Source: an uncultured Candidatus Binatia bacterium
GTDB lineage: Bacteria; Desulfobacterota; Binatia; UBA9968; CAXXLF01
Direction of reading: 5' to 3'
NCBI GenBank assembly: GCA_965218425.1
Contig: OZ244621.1
Location: forward strand, 3,392,001 to 3,456,000
Length of the DNA stretch: 64,000 bases
Positions 20,516-29,904 of this stretch are shown here, one piece after another; position 1 is the stretch's first letter, and every line of letters begins with the position of its first letter. The translations under genes and the position numbers were made by a program. The notes under the pieces are model-generated. The model was not told the origin of the DNA. It was given only the letters and a program-made list of their open reading frames with translations, and did not search any database.

Positions 20516-21478
20516 CTATTGAAATCGAGGCAGTATCTCCTCCGTGCAGACTCGTAGTTGTCGCAGCTGGTCCTTGGCGGCGAGTCGCAGGATGAAGGTC
20601 GTTACTCCAGCGTCCGCATATCCCTTGATACATTTGACCACCTCATCGCTGCTGCCGCATTTTACCACCAACTCCTTGGAAATGACCTCGATGGGTTTAT
20701 GATAATAAGCGGTGAGAAACTCTTCCCCTTCTTTTTCCGCCCTGGGACCATCTGGACTCACATTGATGGTCAAATAGAGGCAACATTCGATCTGATTTGG
20801 ATCCCTTTTGATTTCCGCTGAGTGTTGCTGCACCTTTTCCCAGGATTCCTTGAATACCGGGAGGGAGGGAATGTTGGTGATCCATGCGTCTCCCAGAGTT
20901 GCTACCCTCTTGAGTCCTCTGTCCACATCGTTGCTGGAGATCCAGATGGGAACGCCAGGCTTTTGGACGGGTTTGGGGAGTAGCGATAGGTTGTTGATGG
21001 TGTAGTACTTGTTAAGAATCGTTACATCATCCTCGGCCCAGAGTTTCTTCATTATTCTCAGAACTTCCTCGAGTCTCCCCGCCTTCTGGTGAAATGGAAC
21101 ACCGCATGCGGTGAATTCCTCTTCGAATACCTTATCCATTCGGGATACACCGACTCCGAGGATCAGCCTTCCGGACGCCAAAATATCAACCGTGGCCACG
21201 CTCTGAGCTAACAGAACAGGGTTCCTCAAGGCCGCTATTACAACTGAAGTACCGAGCTTGATGGATTTTGTTTTTACCGCCAGCGCCGACAGGGTGGAGA
21301 ATACTTCAAGACGCGGTTTGGCGGTAACGCTGTCGCCAACCCAGAGGGAATGGTATCCTGACTCCTCTACCGCCTCAGCCATGTCGAAGATGGGACCGAG
21401 GTCCGGTTTGTCCTTTTGCGCAAGGATAACGCCTCTGGTTGGAAGCAGGATGCCAAATTTCAAATTATTCGTTGCCAT
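20516..21478 (-). CDS. LLM class flavin/F420-dependent oxidoreductase
   Basis: GYHSLWVGDS, KLGTSV, RNPVLLAQSVATVDILASGRLILGVG, PKPVQKPGVPIW. Confidence 0.9.
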   Translation of the reverse strand: MATNNLKFGILLPTRGVILAQKDKPDLGPIFDMAEAVEESGYHSLWVGDSVTAKPRLEVFSTLSALAVKTKSIKLGTSVVIAALRNPVLLAQSVATVDILASGRLILGVGVSRMDKVFEEEFTACGVPFHQKAGRLEEVLRIMKKLWAEDDVTILNKYYTINNLSLLPKPVQKPGVPIWISSNDVDRGLKRVATLGDAWITNIPSLPVFKESWEKVQQHSAEIKRDPNQIECCLYLTINVSPDGPRAEKEGEEFLTAYYHKPIEVISKELVVKCGSSDEVVKCIKGYADAGVTTFILRLAAKDQLRQLRVCTEEILPRFQ

Positions 21479-21799
21479 GATCTCTCCTTTGCAGAGTGAG
21501 GCACCCTCTTCCGATATCAGTCTGTGTATTTTGACCCCTTTTAGGGCCATTTGGGGCACCAAATGGTCACCGAGTGACCATCGGTTTTGGTTTCCGAATG
21601 GTAGTGCGCATGGATCGTAAAAGCAACTGGAAAATTCGTGTCGGGGATTGTTGGTTCTGATGCTGTGATCAAAAATTATCTGGGAAATGTCAGTGATGCA
21701 GAAATAAAAAAGCGCGTTGTTACAACGCTCACCGCAAATGTTTAGTGAAGGGTTTTAGTGGCAGTTTTAACGCTATTGCATCGTGCTAATCATTTAATT

Positions 21800-22065
21800 T
21801 TATAAAGACTCCGGAGTTCGACCCTCGGGAAGCGGAGCATTAAAGAAGGAGTCCCTACATAGGACGCCAACATCGATATCGCTATCTGCGCGGACATTGG
21901 TGTTATTCCGGTAGGATCCTTGGGCAAAGACTGAGATGGATCGGCCTTGAAGCTTACTGCTTGCGCGAATAACGTTTCGAATACTGGAAACGGCATTGTC
22001 ACACCGGTCCTGTTCTGTCATACCTGGGGCTTCGCCCAAGTTCTAAACTGGTCTTCCCAATCCAT
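21800..22065 (-). pseudogene. Truncated cGAS/DncV-like nucleotidyltransferase (CD-NTase, CdnE-like)
   Basis: MDWEDQFRTWAKP, then a 1-nt deletion in a C-run, then PGMTEQDRCDNAVSSIR...VFAQGSYRNNTNVRADSDIDVGV; stops after about 88 codons. Confidence 0.8.
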
Positions 22066-22106
22066 ATGGGATTATTTAATACCCAAATGAGTTTTTAGTA
22101 AAGGAA

Positions 22107-23095
22107 GAGCTCTCATCAAGAAGTGTGGAAATAGGAGACAGGTAGGCGTACCCATTGGTAAATTCCAAACGAAAAGCTGCCTGGAGCAACAGGCAGAGAA
22201 AGGATACGCCGGTGATAGGAAAGCACAGCGGGCTGGTAGAGTCAAAGGGAGTTTTTTACGAATGCATGGAGGCATTTGCCCGGGAGAAGATTGGGGAGAA
22301 AGGGTACAGGATGTGGTGGAGCAGGAAGGAGTGGAGCGGTTGGGGAGGAACAAGAGCGAGGGGAAAGCAAGTGAAGTGGGACAGCCTGGGAATCGCAACG
22401 GCTACGGTAAGCCGCGCCGGTTCACGTTGAGCATGGGGAGCGTAGAGGTAAGAGGGGCTGGGGTAAGGAATGTGCAGGAGAGATTTAGCTTCCAGGTATT
22501 GCCGTTATTTAAGCGGCAGAGCCGCCAGGTCAGGGAGTTATTGCCGGAGCTTTATTGGCACGGTGTGGGCAGTGGGGATTTTGAGCTGGGGCTGAGGGGG
22601 CTAGTGGGAGCAGGGGCACCGCTATCGGCGTTTTGGCTTTTACGGTTCAAGGAGAAGTGGGAGGCGGACTACGAGCAGTGGGAGGCACAGGGTATGGAGG
22701 AAGAGGAGGCAGCATATCTTTGGGCAGATGGGATTGATGTAAAGGCTGGGATAGGCAAGGAGAAGGCGGCGCTAGTATTGGTAGTGATGGGGGCGATGAG
22801 GGATGGGAGCAAGAGGTTGTTAGCATTGGGAGTGGGCTAGCGGGAGAGCAAGCAATGAGTCGCCCTTCTCGAGGGTGAGGCTGAGAACAGCTGCCTCCAG
22901 ACGGTTTAAATCTCAGGTCAATGCCGCCTGTTTGATCTGGAAGACAATGATGATTGCGGAAATGAGTTTTAGGAAGCTGGACGCACCGCACTGGGTGGAG
23001 AAGGTAGCTGAAGGAAGAAAATACAGAGACGGGATTGAAATCGAAAAAACCAGGGTCGCCGCCTAGATCTTTTACCCACTATTTGATAATAGATC
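22107..23095 (+). mobile_element. Degenerate IS256-family element with internal deletion
   Basis: Imperfect IRs GAGCTCTCATCAAGAAGTGTGGAAA and TTTACCCACTATTTGATAATAGATC. Motifs RNGYGKPR, YLWADGI, ESPFSRVRLRT...SFRKLDAP; frameshift and in-frame stop. Confidence 0.8.
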
Positions 23096-23455
23096 GCGTA
23101 CTTTACTTGAGCTCCTTGGCAAAGTACGCTGCGGCCTTTTTTAATATATCTCACTGTTGCGTTACCCGCTCCAACTCCCGCCTCAACCGCGCTAGTTCAT
23201 CGTTGTTTTCCCCTCGGCCCCGGCCCGGAAAGGCCCCCAACCCTTTGTTTTTCACTTGCTCCTGCCACTTGTACAACCGGTTGCGCGGTACTCTTAGTTC
23301 CCGCGCGATTTCCGCCGCCGGCCGCGCCCCAGCCTCTAAAAGCCGCACAGCCTCCAACTTAAACTCCTGGGTGAATCGCCTTTGCTTGCCCATCGAACAC
23401 CTCCTTCGGGGATCTTGTCCCCTTTTTGGGTGTCCGTCCAACCCGGGCTACCTCA
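23096..23455 (-). mobile_element. IS3-family remnant (left IR and orfA with in-frame stop), cut by the IS256 element
   Basis: Left end TGAGGTAGCCCGGG at 23455. orfA 23393-23103 reads MGKQRRFTQEFKLEAV...QQ*DILKKAAAYFAKELK; A AAA AAG slip site at 23136-23142; orfB lost. Confidence 0.8.
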
Positions 23456-23634
23456 TTATCGCTTTGCACTAACACTGACTTTTCTTCTCTTGCCATGGCG
23501 GATGGATTCAAATAGGATTACGCCGATTCGATTTAGTCACCGAGAACAAACGATGGTTATCTACCGAGCAGCGCAAGTGCGAGGCGGGGAAGCATAGCAA
23601 ATTTCACGGCGTTACTTTTGAATGGGAAGATACG

Positions 23635-24648
23635 GTGCAGTTCTATATCAATTTACTATCCACCCATTTCCCGGATATTGATCCAACCTATGACGTCTAT
23701 TACCAGCAAGTGCTCGAGCAGGTGGAATTGGCGGAGGAGTTGGGATGGGAATGTTTCATGTTCAATGAGCACCATTTCTTGCGCTACGGTGGACTCATCG
23801 CGGATCCGGCGGTTTTCCTGGTGGCGGCAGCAGGGCGTACTTCGCGCATTCGCCTGGGACCGTGCGTATCAATTGTAACCTTGCGTCATCCACTTCAGAT
23901 TGCCGAGCAATACGCCATGGTGGACGTGATCTCAGGCGGCAGGTTGGAATTTGGCATGGGTTCAGGAAACACCGATTTGGACCATCGGGTATTTGGTATA
24001 CCGCGAGAGGAAAGCCGTTCCCGGTTAAACGAGGCGTCCAAAGTTATATTGAAGGCCTGGACCAGTGAGAGTTTCAGCCATGAGGGACAATTTTGGAACT
24101 TCGAAGAGATTACCCTGTATCCGAGGCCAGTACAGCAACCGCACCCCCCCATCTGGGTTGCAGGGACATCGCCGGCCACGTTGGGTTGGGCGGGGAGTCA
24201 AGGCTATCACATTATGACCGTGGCCCATCCGCACCCTCCGGATTCTGTGGGCAGAGGAGTGGAGGCCTGGCGTGGCGGGTTGATTGCCGGCGGGTACGAT
24301 CCTGCATCGCGTCATTGCCAGTTGCACCTCCGGGTCTATGTGGACCATGACGCCGAACGGGCGCAAAATATTGCAACAGCCGCAATTACTCGCTACGACG
24401 ACGTGTCACGGATTGGACGGAAAGCACCTCTACCGCCTGGTAGTGTTTACCCCTGGGAAGAGATGCTGGCCACCGGTCGGAACTGCTATGGCCATCCGGA
24501 ACAGTGCGTCCAGATAATCAACAACACAATGCGGAACTATACTTTTGACACGTTGACGACGACATTTAATTTTGGTGGGATCCCCCATGCCGACATCCTG
24601 AGATCCATGGCTCTGTTTGCTAAAGAAGTGATGCCGGCATTTCGGTAG
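23635..24648 (+). CDS. LLM class flavin-dependent monooxygenase (luciferase-like)
   Basis: AEELGWECFMFNEHH, RIRLG, HPLQIAEQYAMVDVISGGRLEFG, PRPVQQPHPPIW, FAKEVMP. Confidence 0.92.
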   Translation: MQFYINLLSTHFPDIDPTYDVYYQQVLEQVELAEELGWECFMFNEHHFLRYGGLIADPAVFLVAAAGRTSRIRLGPCVSIVTLRHPLQIAEQYAMVDVISGGRLEFGMGSGNTDLDHRVFGIPREESRSRLNEASKVILKAWTSESFSHEGQFWNFEEITLYPRPVQQPHPPIWVAGTSPATLGWAGSQGYHIMTVAHPHPPDSVGRGVEAWRGGLIAGGYDPASRHCQLHLRVYVDHDAERAQNIATAAITRYDDVSRIGRKAPLPPGSVYPWEEMLATGRNCYGHPEQCVQIINNTMRNYTFDTLTTTFNFGGIPHADILRSMALFAKEVMPAFR

Positions 24649-24698
24649 CCGCGATTTACCATGTCTCAAAACCGCTACAGGAAAAGGAGAAGTTGCTT

Positions 24699-25418
24699 AT
24701 GTCACAAGTAGTCATCGTCACAGGGGGTGCTGGTGGAATTGGTTCTTCTATTTGCGGGGGGCTCGTGAGTGACGGCCACAAGGTGGTCGTCGCGGATTTT
24801 GACGGAGGGGCGGCAGAGAGTCTCGCCAAGAAACTGGGAAGCGGGTCATTGGCGGTTCAGGTGGATGTCAGTGACAAGAAGAGTGTCGAGGGAATGGTTC
24901 ATGGGACGCTAAATCAATTTGGCAATGTCGATGTCATTCTCAATGGGGCGGGGATCATGCCGCGCCACCAGGTGAAAGACATAACGGTGGACGAGTGGGA
25001 CCGGGTGTTGGGGGTGAACCTCAGGGGGGTATTTCTCTGCTCCCAAGCCGTGGCTCAACATATGATTGAAAAGAAACAGGGGCGTATCATCAGCATTGCC
25101 TCTGGTCGAGGGGTGTCAGGAGCACCCGGTGCATCTCACTACGCTGCTTCGAAGGGGGGTGTCATTGCCTTTACAAAGTCACTGGCGGAGGAGCTCGCCC
25201 CCCATGGTGTCCTGGTTAACGCCCTTGCACCCGGCAGGACGGATACCCCCATGTCACGAGCCGGGGCCTCTGAAGAGGAACGAGTGAAGCGATTGGCAGT
25301 TTCACCACTTCAGGGCGGTTTTACTCCTATCGAAGAGATCGTGGGGCTTTTCCGGTATTTGATCTCCGATGCCACAAAGAACGTGACCGGGCAGGTGTTT
25401 TTTCTCAAGACTCCTTGA
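24699..25418 (+). CDS. SDR family oxidoreductase
   Basis: TGGAGGIG, YAASK, NALAPG. Confidence 0.93.
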   Translation: MSQVVIVTGGAGGIGSSICGGLVSDGHKVVVADFDGGAAESLAKKLGSGSLAVQVDVSDKKSVEGMVHGTLNQFGNVDVILNGAGIMPRHQVKDITVDEWDRVLGVNLRGVFLCSQAVAQHMIEKKQGRIISIASGRGVSGAPGASHYAASKGGVIAFTKSLAEELAPHGVLVNALAPGRTDTPMSRAGASEEERVKRLAVSPLQGGFTPIEEIVGLFRYLISDATKNVTGQVFFLKTP

Positions 25419-25493
25419 TCTTCCATGGAGTTTACCCTATAGGTCTCTGTCACCATCGGAGTTTCGACGGATGAGGTAGGTTGGAAGACGATC

Positions 25494-26669
25494 ATGAGTG
25501 GTGCACTGGACGGAATCCGAGTCATTGAACTAGCGAGCTATGTGTCGGGGCCCTTTGCTTCAGTGCTCCTGGCGGACCTTGGCGCCGAGGTGATCAAGGT
25601 GGAGTCGCCGGGAGAGGGAGATCCCTTCCGGGGGTGGGGCGAGAACAAGTATGGCTCAAACTTCCGTAGCCTCAACCGGAACAAGAAGAGCATTACCCTG
25701 GACATCCGAAGGGAGGAAGGAAGAGAGATCTTTTTGAAGATCGCCGCCGGCAGCGACATTCTGGTGGAAAACCTGCGGCCAGGGGCTATGAGGCGGAGGG
25801 GATTCGACTACGAGAGTGTCCGTAGGTTAAACCCGAAGATTATCTATTGCTCTATTTCCGGCTACGGGCAGGAAGGGCCGTACCGCGAGCGGCCGGGGTT
25901 CGACACGGTGGGACAGGGAATGAGCGGGCTGCTGAGTCTTCTCACTGATCCAGACAAGCCCCAGGGGGTAGGTATCTCCCTGTCGGATCACCTTTCGGGG
26001 ATTTATGCCTCATACGGAATATTAGGTGCCCTGGTTAACCGCGTGGCTACCGGGGAAGGGCAGTGGGTTGAGACTTCCCTTCTACGAGCTTCTGTTTCTT
26101 TTCTAAGTGAGAATGCGGTGCGTTATTTTGAAACCGGAGTGGTCCCGCGCCGAGCCTACAGGACCCATACGGCGGGTGTTTTCGCCTTTGTGGATAAAGA
26201 AGAAAAGCCCTTTGTGATCCACCTTTCATCGCCGCGAAAGTTTTTTATTGGGTTGGCGGAGATCGTGGGTAAACCCGAGTTGGCCGACGACCCGCGTTTC
26301 CTTGACCGAAAGGGTGTGGTTGCAAACCATGATGAGCTGGAAGGGATACTGCAAAGTGTTTTCCGGGGAGGGCTGAGGGAACAATGGCTCAAACTTCTCC
26401 AGGAACGGGACGTGCCGTGTGCTCCGCTAAACACCATGGAGGAAGTGTTTCAAGATCCACAGGTGAAACAGTATGGCTTTCCTGTGGAGGTTGAGCATCC
26501 GAAAATGGGAAAGATGCGGCTGGTGGGAAGTGGCGTCAATCTCAGTGCAACCCCGGCGGCGGTTAAGATAGCGCCCCCGACTCTGGGGGAACACACAGAA
26601 GAGATCCTGCGGGATCTCTCTTACGATGAACCGGCCATCCATAAACTAAGGAATGACGGTGTAATCTAG
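25494..26669 (+). CDS. CoA transferase family III (CaiB/BaiF)
   Basis: ALDGIRVIE, LADLGAEVIKVE, NRNKKS, ENLRPG, catalytic Asp region SLSDH, PPTLGEHT. Confidence 0.93.
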   Translation: MSGALDGIRVIELASYVSGPFASVLLADLGAEVIKVESPGEGDPFRGWGENKYGSNFRSLNRNKKSITLDIRREEGREIFLKIAAGSDILVENLRPGAMRRRGFDYESVRRLNPKIIYCSISGYGQEGPYRERPGFDTVGQGMSGLLSLLTDPDKPQGVGISLSDHLSGIYASYGILGALVNRVATGEGQWVETSLLRASVSFLSENAVRYFETGVVPRRAYRTHTAGVFAFVDKEEKPFVIHLSSPRKFFIGLAEIVGKPELADDPRFLDRKGVVANHDELEGILQSVFRGGLREQWLKLLQERDVPCAPLNTMEEVFQDPQVKQYGFPVEVEHPKMGKMRLVGSGVNLSATPAAVKIAPPTLGEHTEEILRDLSYDEPAIHKLRNDGVI

Positions 26670-26694
26670 TGAGTAAAACCATCAAGGTAGGTTC

Positions 26695-27885
26695 ATGAGT
26701 ATAAAAGGTAAAGCAGCGATTGTAGGAATCGGAGAGACCCCTGTTGACCGGTTAGGACGGAAAACGGGCGAGCCGCGTACCACGATGTCGCAGTTTCTAT
26801 CCGGGGCAGCCCGTTTGGCATTGGAGGATGCGGGCCTGACCAAGAAGGATCTGGACGGGCAAGGCATGGCGGCGATTTACACCACCAATTATGCTCAGCC
26901 ATTTTGGCCCGACGAAGCCGCGGAGATCCTTGGAATTTCGCCCGGGCTTCTCCTGGGGGGAGGCAACGGCGGTGCCAGCGCGGTTTCCCTTATCGGCCAG
27001 GCGGCAGCGGCCATCGATGCCGGGCTGGTTGATCTGGTTCTATGCGTCGCAGCCTCGGCGCCATTTGTGGAGTCCCATGGGGGAATTCAAGCCGAGGATA
27101 CCAGGGATTTTGAAATCCCATACGGGATGATGGGTCCCAACAGCAAAATCGCCCTGGTCATGAGACGCCATATGCATGAGTACGGCACCACCTTGGATCA
27201 TTTAGGTAAAATAGCTGTGACTTCAAGGTATCATGCCTCCTTGAATCCGCGTGCCTATTTGAAAAAGCCCATGTCGTTGGATGAGTACAAAAACTCCCGA
27301 CTCATCGCCGATCCCATTCGGCTGCTGGACTGTGTGATGCCCGCCAATGGAGGTAAAGCCTACATTGTTGCGTCCCCCGAAAGGGCAAAGCAATTGGCGA
27401 AGCCGCCAGTCTTCGTGTTGGGATTCGGCGAGAAGAACAATCCGAGCTATGGACCCAGGGCCCAATCGGATCCGCTGATCATGGGGATCAAAGATTCAGG
27501 CGAAACTGCTTTCAAGATGGCCGGGGTGACCCGCAAAGATGTGGACTTTTTAGGGATGTATGACGACTATATCATCATTGTACTGATGCAAATCGAGGAC
27601 CTGGGCTTCTGCCAAAAAGGAGACACGAAGTTCTTTGACAGCACTGATTTTACTTTTCAAGGGGATCTCCCCATTCAAACCAGTGGAGGACTTATTAACT
27701 GCGGGCAACCATCCACCGCAGGTGGCATGGTGCACGTTGTTGAGGCCGTGCGGCAGCTTAGGGGAGAAGCGGGACAGCGGCAAGTGAAGGATGCCAAAAT
27801 CGGTCTGGTGACTGGCCTCGGCGGTGTCGCCTACGGAAAGAACTTAAGCTGTACGACCGTGGCGCTATTGGGGAAGGAGTCTTGA
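26695..27885 (+). CDS. Thiolase-fold protein (SCP2/Ltp2-like), lacking the catalytic Cys
   Basis: AAIVGIGE, NPRA, LLDC, YDDY, QTSGG, EAVRQLRGEAGQRQV; GGASA where thiolases have a Cys motif. Confidence 0.88.
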   Translation: MSIKGKAAIVGIGETPVDRLGRKTGEPRTTMSQFLSGAARLALEDAGLTKKDLDGQGMAAIYTTNYAQPFWPDEAAEILGISPGLLLGGGNGGASAVSLIGQAAAAIDAGLVDLVLCVAASAPFVESHGGIQAEDTRDFEIPYGMMGPNSKIALVMRRHMHEYGTTLDHLGKIAVTSRYHASLNPRAYLKKPMSLDEYKNSRLIADPIRLLDCVMPANGGKAYIVASPERAKQLAKPPVFVLGFGEKNNPSYGPRAQSDPLIMGIKDSGETAFKMAGVTRKDVDFLGMYDDYIIIVLMQIEDLGFCQKGDTKFFDSTDFTFQGDLPIQTSGGLINCGQPSTAGGMVHVVEAVRQLRGEAGQRQVKDAKIGLVTGLGGVAYGKNLSCTTVALLGKES

Positions 27886-27886
27886 G

Positions 27887-28315
27887 ATGGCAGAGCAAGG
27901 AAAACCTCTTCCGCGGGTTACCAGCTTGACTCAACCCTTTTGGGAGGCGGCGTCGCAAAACAAGTTAGTGCTACAGCGGTGCCGTCAATGTGAGGCTTAT
28001 GTCTGGTGTCCCAGGCCATCTTGCACTGAGTGCGGCAGCGACCAATTGAAATGGACGTCTGTCAGCGGACGGGGCTCGGTCTTTTCTTTTACGGTTATCA
28101 GGCAAGTGATTGCCCGTGGTGCGGCTGCGTTTGAAAAAGAGATTCCCTACATCGTCGCCTGGATTGACCTCGAGGAAGGTCCCAGGTTTTGCACTAATGT
28201 GGTGGATTGCCCCATTGATAAGGTCACCATCGGTATGCCAGTGGAAGTCGTATTCGACAAGGCGAGCAGTGAAATTACGCTACCGAAATTCCGACCTCGA
28301 CCGGGACTATCTTAA
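27887..28315 (+). CDS. DUF35 Zn-ribbon/OB-fold protein
   Basis: PFWEA, QRCRQC...CTECGS, SGRGSVFSFTV, LEEGPR, IGMPVEV. Confidence 0.92.
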   Translation: MAEQGKPLPRVTSLTQPFWEAASQNKLVLQRCRQCEAYVWCPRPSCTECGSDQLKWTSVSGRGSVFSFTVIRQVIARGAAAFEKEIPYIVAWIDLEEGPRFCTNVVDCPIDKVTIGMPVEVVFDKASSEITLPKFRPRPGLS

Positions 28316-28331
28316 CCGGGCAATTCCTACA

Positions 28332-29723
28332 TTAGGAATTGATGCCCTCGCCGAGGGCGGTCAGGGAGGCTTCCATGAGGGCCTCCGAGAGGGTAGGGTG
28401 AGCATGAATCGTCCGGCCCATTTGCCGTAGGGTTCCCCCCAGTTGTTGTGCCATGCCCACCTCGGCCACCAGTTCGGTAACCCCCTTGCCGATCATTTGG
28501 GCCCCCAGAATCTTGCCGTTCTCTCCCGCGATCACCTTTACCCAGCCATCGATATGATCCGTGGCCACGGCTTTGCCGGAAGCACGAAACTGAAATTTGC
28601 CCACCTTGACCGATTGGCCGCTCTCTCGGGCCTGTTTCTCATTCAATCCAATGCTTGCCACCTCCGGTTGGCAGTAAACACAGGCGGGGATCTCGTTTCG
28701 CTCAATTTTTTTCCTGTTATGTCCGCGCATCATTTCCACCGCGGCAATTCCCTCAGCGGAGGCCAGGTGTGCCAGCAGGGGTGGGCCCGTGAGATCGCCT
28801 ACGGCATAGATCCCTGCACAACTTGTTTGATATTGGTCGTCAACCTTAATACATCCCCTGTCCGTTTCGATCTTGAGTTTTTGCAAATCCAGATCTTCCG
28901 TCATCGGTGCCCTGCCAACTGCCACCAGGACCAGTTCGGCAGGAATAGAGCTCTCTTTTCCATCTCTCCCCTCCACCGTCACGGTTACGGCACCCTTTTC
29001 TTGTCGATTTGCTTTATATTTGGTCTGAGTGAGAACCCGAATCTTTTTCTTCTTAAAGGACCACTCCAGTTCGCGTCCCAATTCCTCATCCATCTCCGGC
29101 AAAAGCCGGTCCATCATTTCTACCAGAGTGGTCTCGACCCCGAAGCTTTTGTAGGCGTACGCGAACTCAACCCCGATGGCGCCTCCACCGATGATTAATA
29201 TCGATTTTGGCAGCTCTTTTCGTATGAGCGCTTCATGACTCGTTACAATGGTCTTACCATCGATGGTCAGCCCAGGGATAACCCCTTCCTTGCTACCCGT
29301 CGCCAGGAGAATCTTTGGGGATAATAACTTGATCTGTTCTCTTCCTTGAACCAGGACTTCGCCACGGGCTAAAAGGCTACCCGTGCCCGAAAAAAGCTTG
29401 ATTCGATGTTTTTTAAGCAGGAATTCCACCCCTTTGGCCAGCCGATCCGAAGCATTACGGCTCTGCTCAATCACTTTAGGGTAGTTCACTGATAGACCCT
29501 CACAGCGGACGCCATACTTTTCACTCTCACCTAAAGACTCCAGCAATTCCGCGGAGTGCAGGATGGCCTTGGAAGGAATGCAGCCCCAGTTGAGGCAAAC
29601 GCCCCCGGGTCGATCTTTTTCAACCATGGCGGTTTTTAATCCCAGTTGGGAGGCTCGGATGGCAGCGGTGTATCCTCCCGGACCTCCGCCGATGACCGTG
29701 AGGTCGTAGGATTCTTCTTTCAT
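28332..29723 (-). CDS. lpdA: Dihydrolipoyl dehydrogenase
   Basis: GGGPGGY, GGVCLNWGCIPSK, IIGGGAIGVEF, YAVGD, HAHPTLSE; start re-assigned to MKEESYD. Confidence 0.93.
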   Translation of the reverse strand: MKEESYDLTVIGGGPGGYTAAIRASQLGLKTAMVEKDRPGGVCLNWGCIPSKAILHSAELLESLGESEKYGVRCEGLSVNYPKVIEQSRNASDRLAKGVEFLLKKHRIKLFSGTGSLLARGEVLVQGREQIKLLSPKILLATGSKEGVIPGLTIDGKTIVTSHEALIRKELPKSILIIGGGAIGVEFAYAYKSFGVETTLVEMMDRLLPEMDEELGRELEWSFKKKKIRVLTQTKYKANRQEKGAVTVTVEGRDGKESSIPAELVLVAVGRAPMTEDLDLQKLKIETDRGCIKVDDQYQTSCAGIYAVGDLTGPPLLAHLASAEGIAAVEMMRGHNRKKIERNEIPACVYCQPEVASIGLNEKQARESGQSVKVGKFQFRASGKAVATDHIDGWVKVIAGENGKILGAQMIGKGVTELVAEVGMAQQLGGTLRQMGRTIHAHPTLSEALMEASLTALGEGINS

Positions 29724-29855
29724 GAAAGAGATCTCCTTGAAATATTTACAACTAATTGGGCGTGTCTTAGGAACCGCTTCCGTGCACGAATAGCACAGTG
29801 TCAAATTGTGCTGCAAATGGGGGTGAGATGAAAGGTTTGACGGGGGGCCGCTTTG

Positions 29856-29884
29856 TTGACAAGGGATAAGGAGTCCTCTATGAG
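29856..29884 (+). promoter_or_regulatory. Putative sigma70 promoter of the AMDase-like gene
   Basis: TTGACA-N17-TATGAG, 20 nt upstream of ATG 29905. Confidence 0.45.
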
Positions 29885-29904
29885 AGGCGGTAGGAGAAAG
29901 ACCA

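Noticed and set aside
21714..21728. Perfect palindrome GCGTTGT-T-ACAACGC
   Set aside because: It could be an operator, but it occurs once, lies far from the LLM start and has no cognate regulator nearby
28443..29198. Long antisense ORFs (this one, 7516-8133, 18212-18775, 31566-32216 and others)
   Set aside because: They are shadows of well-supported genes on the opposite strand
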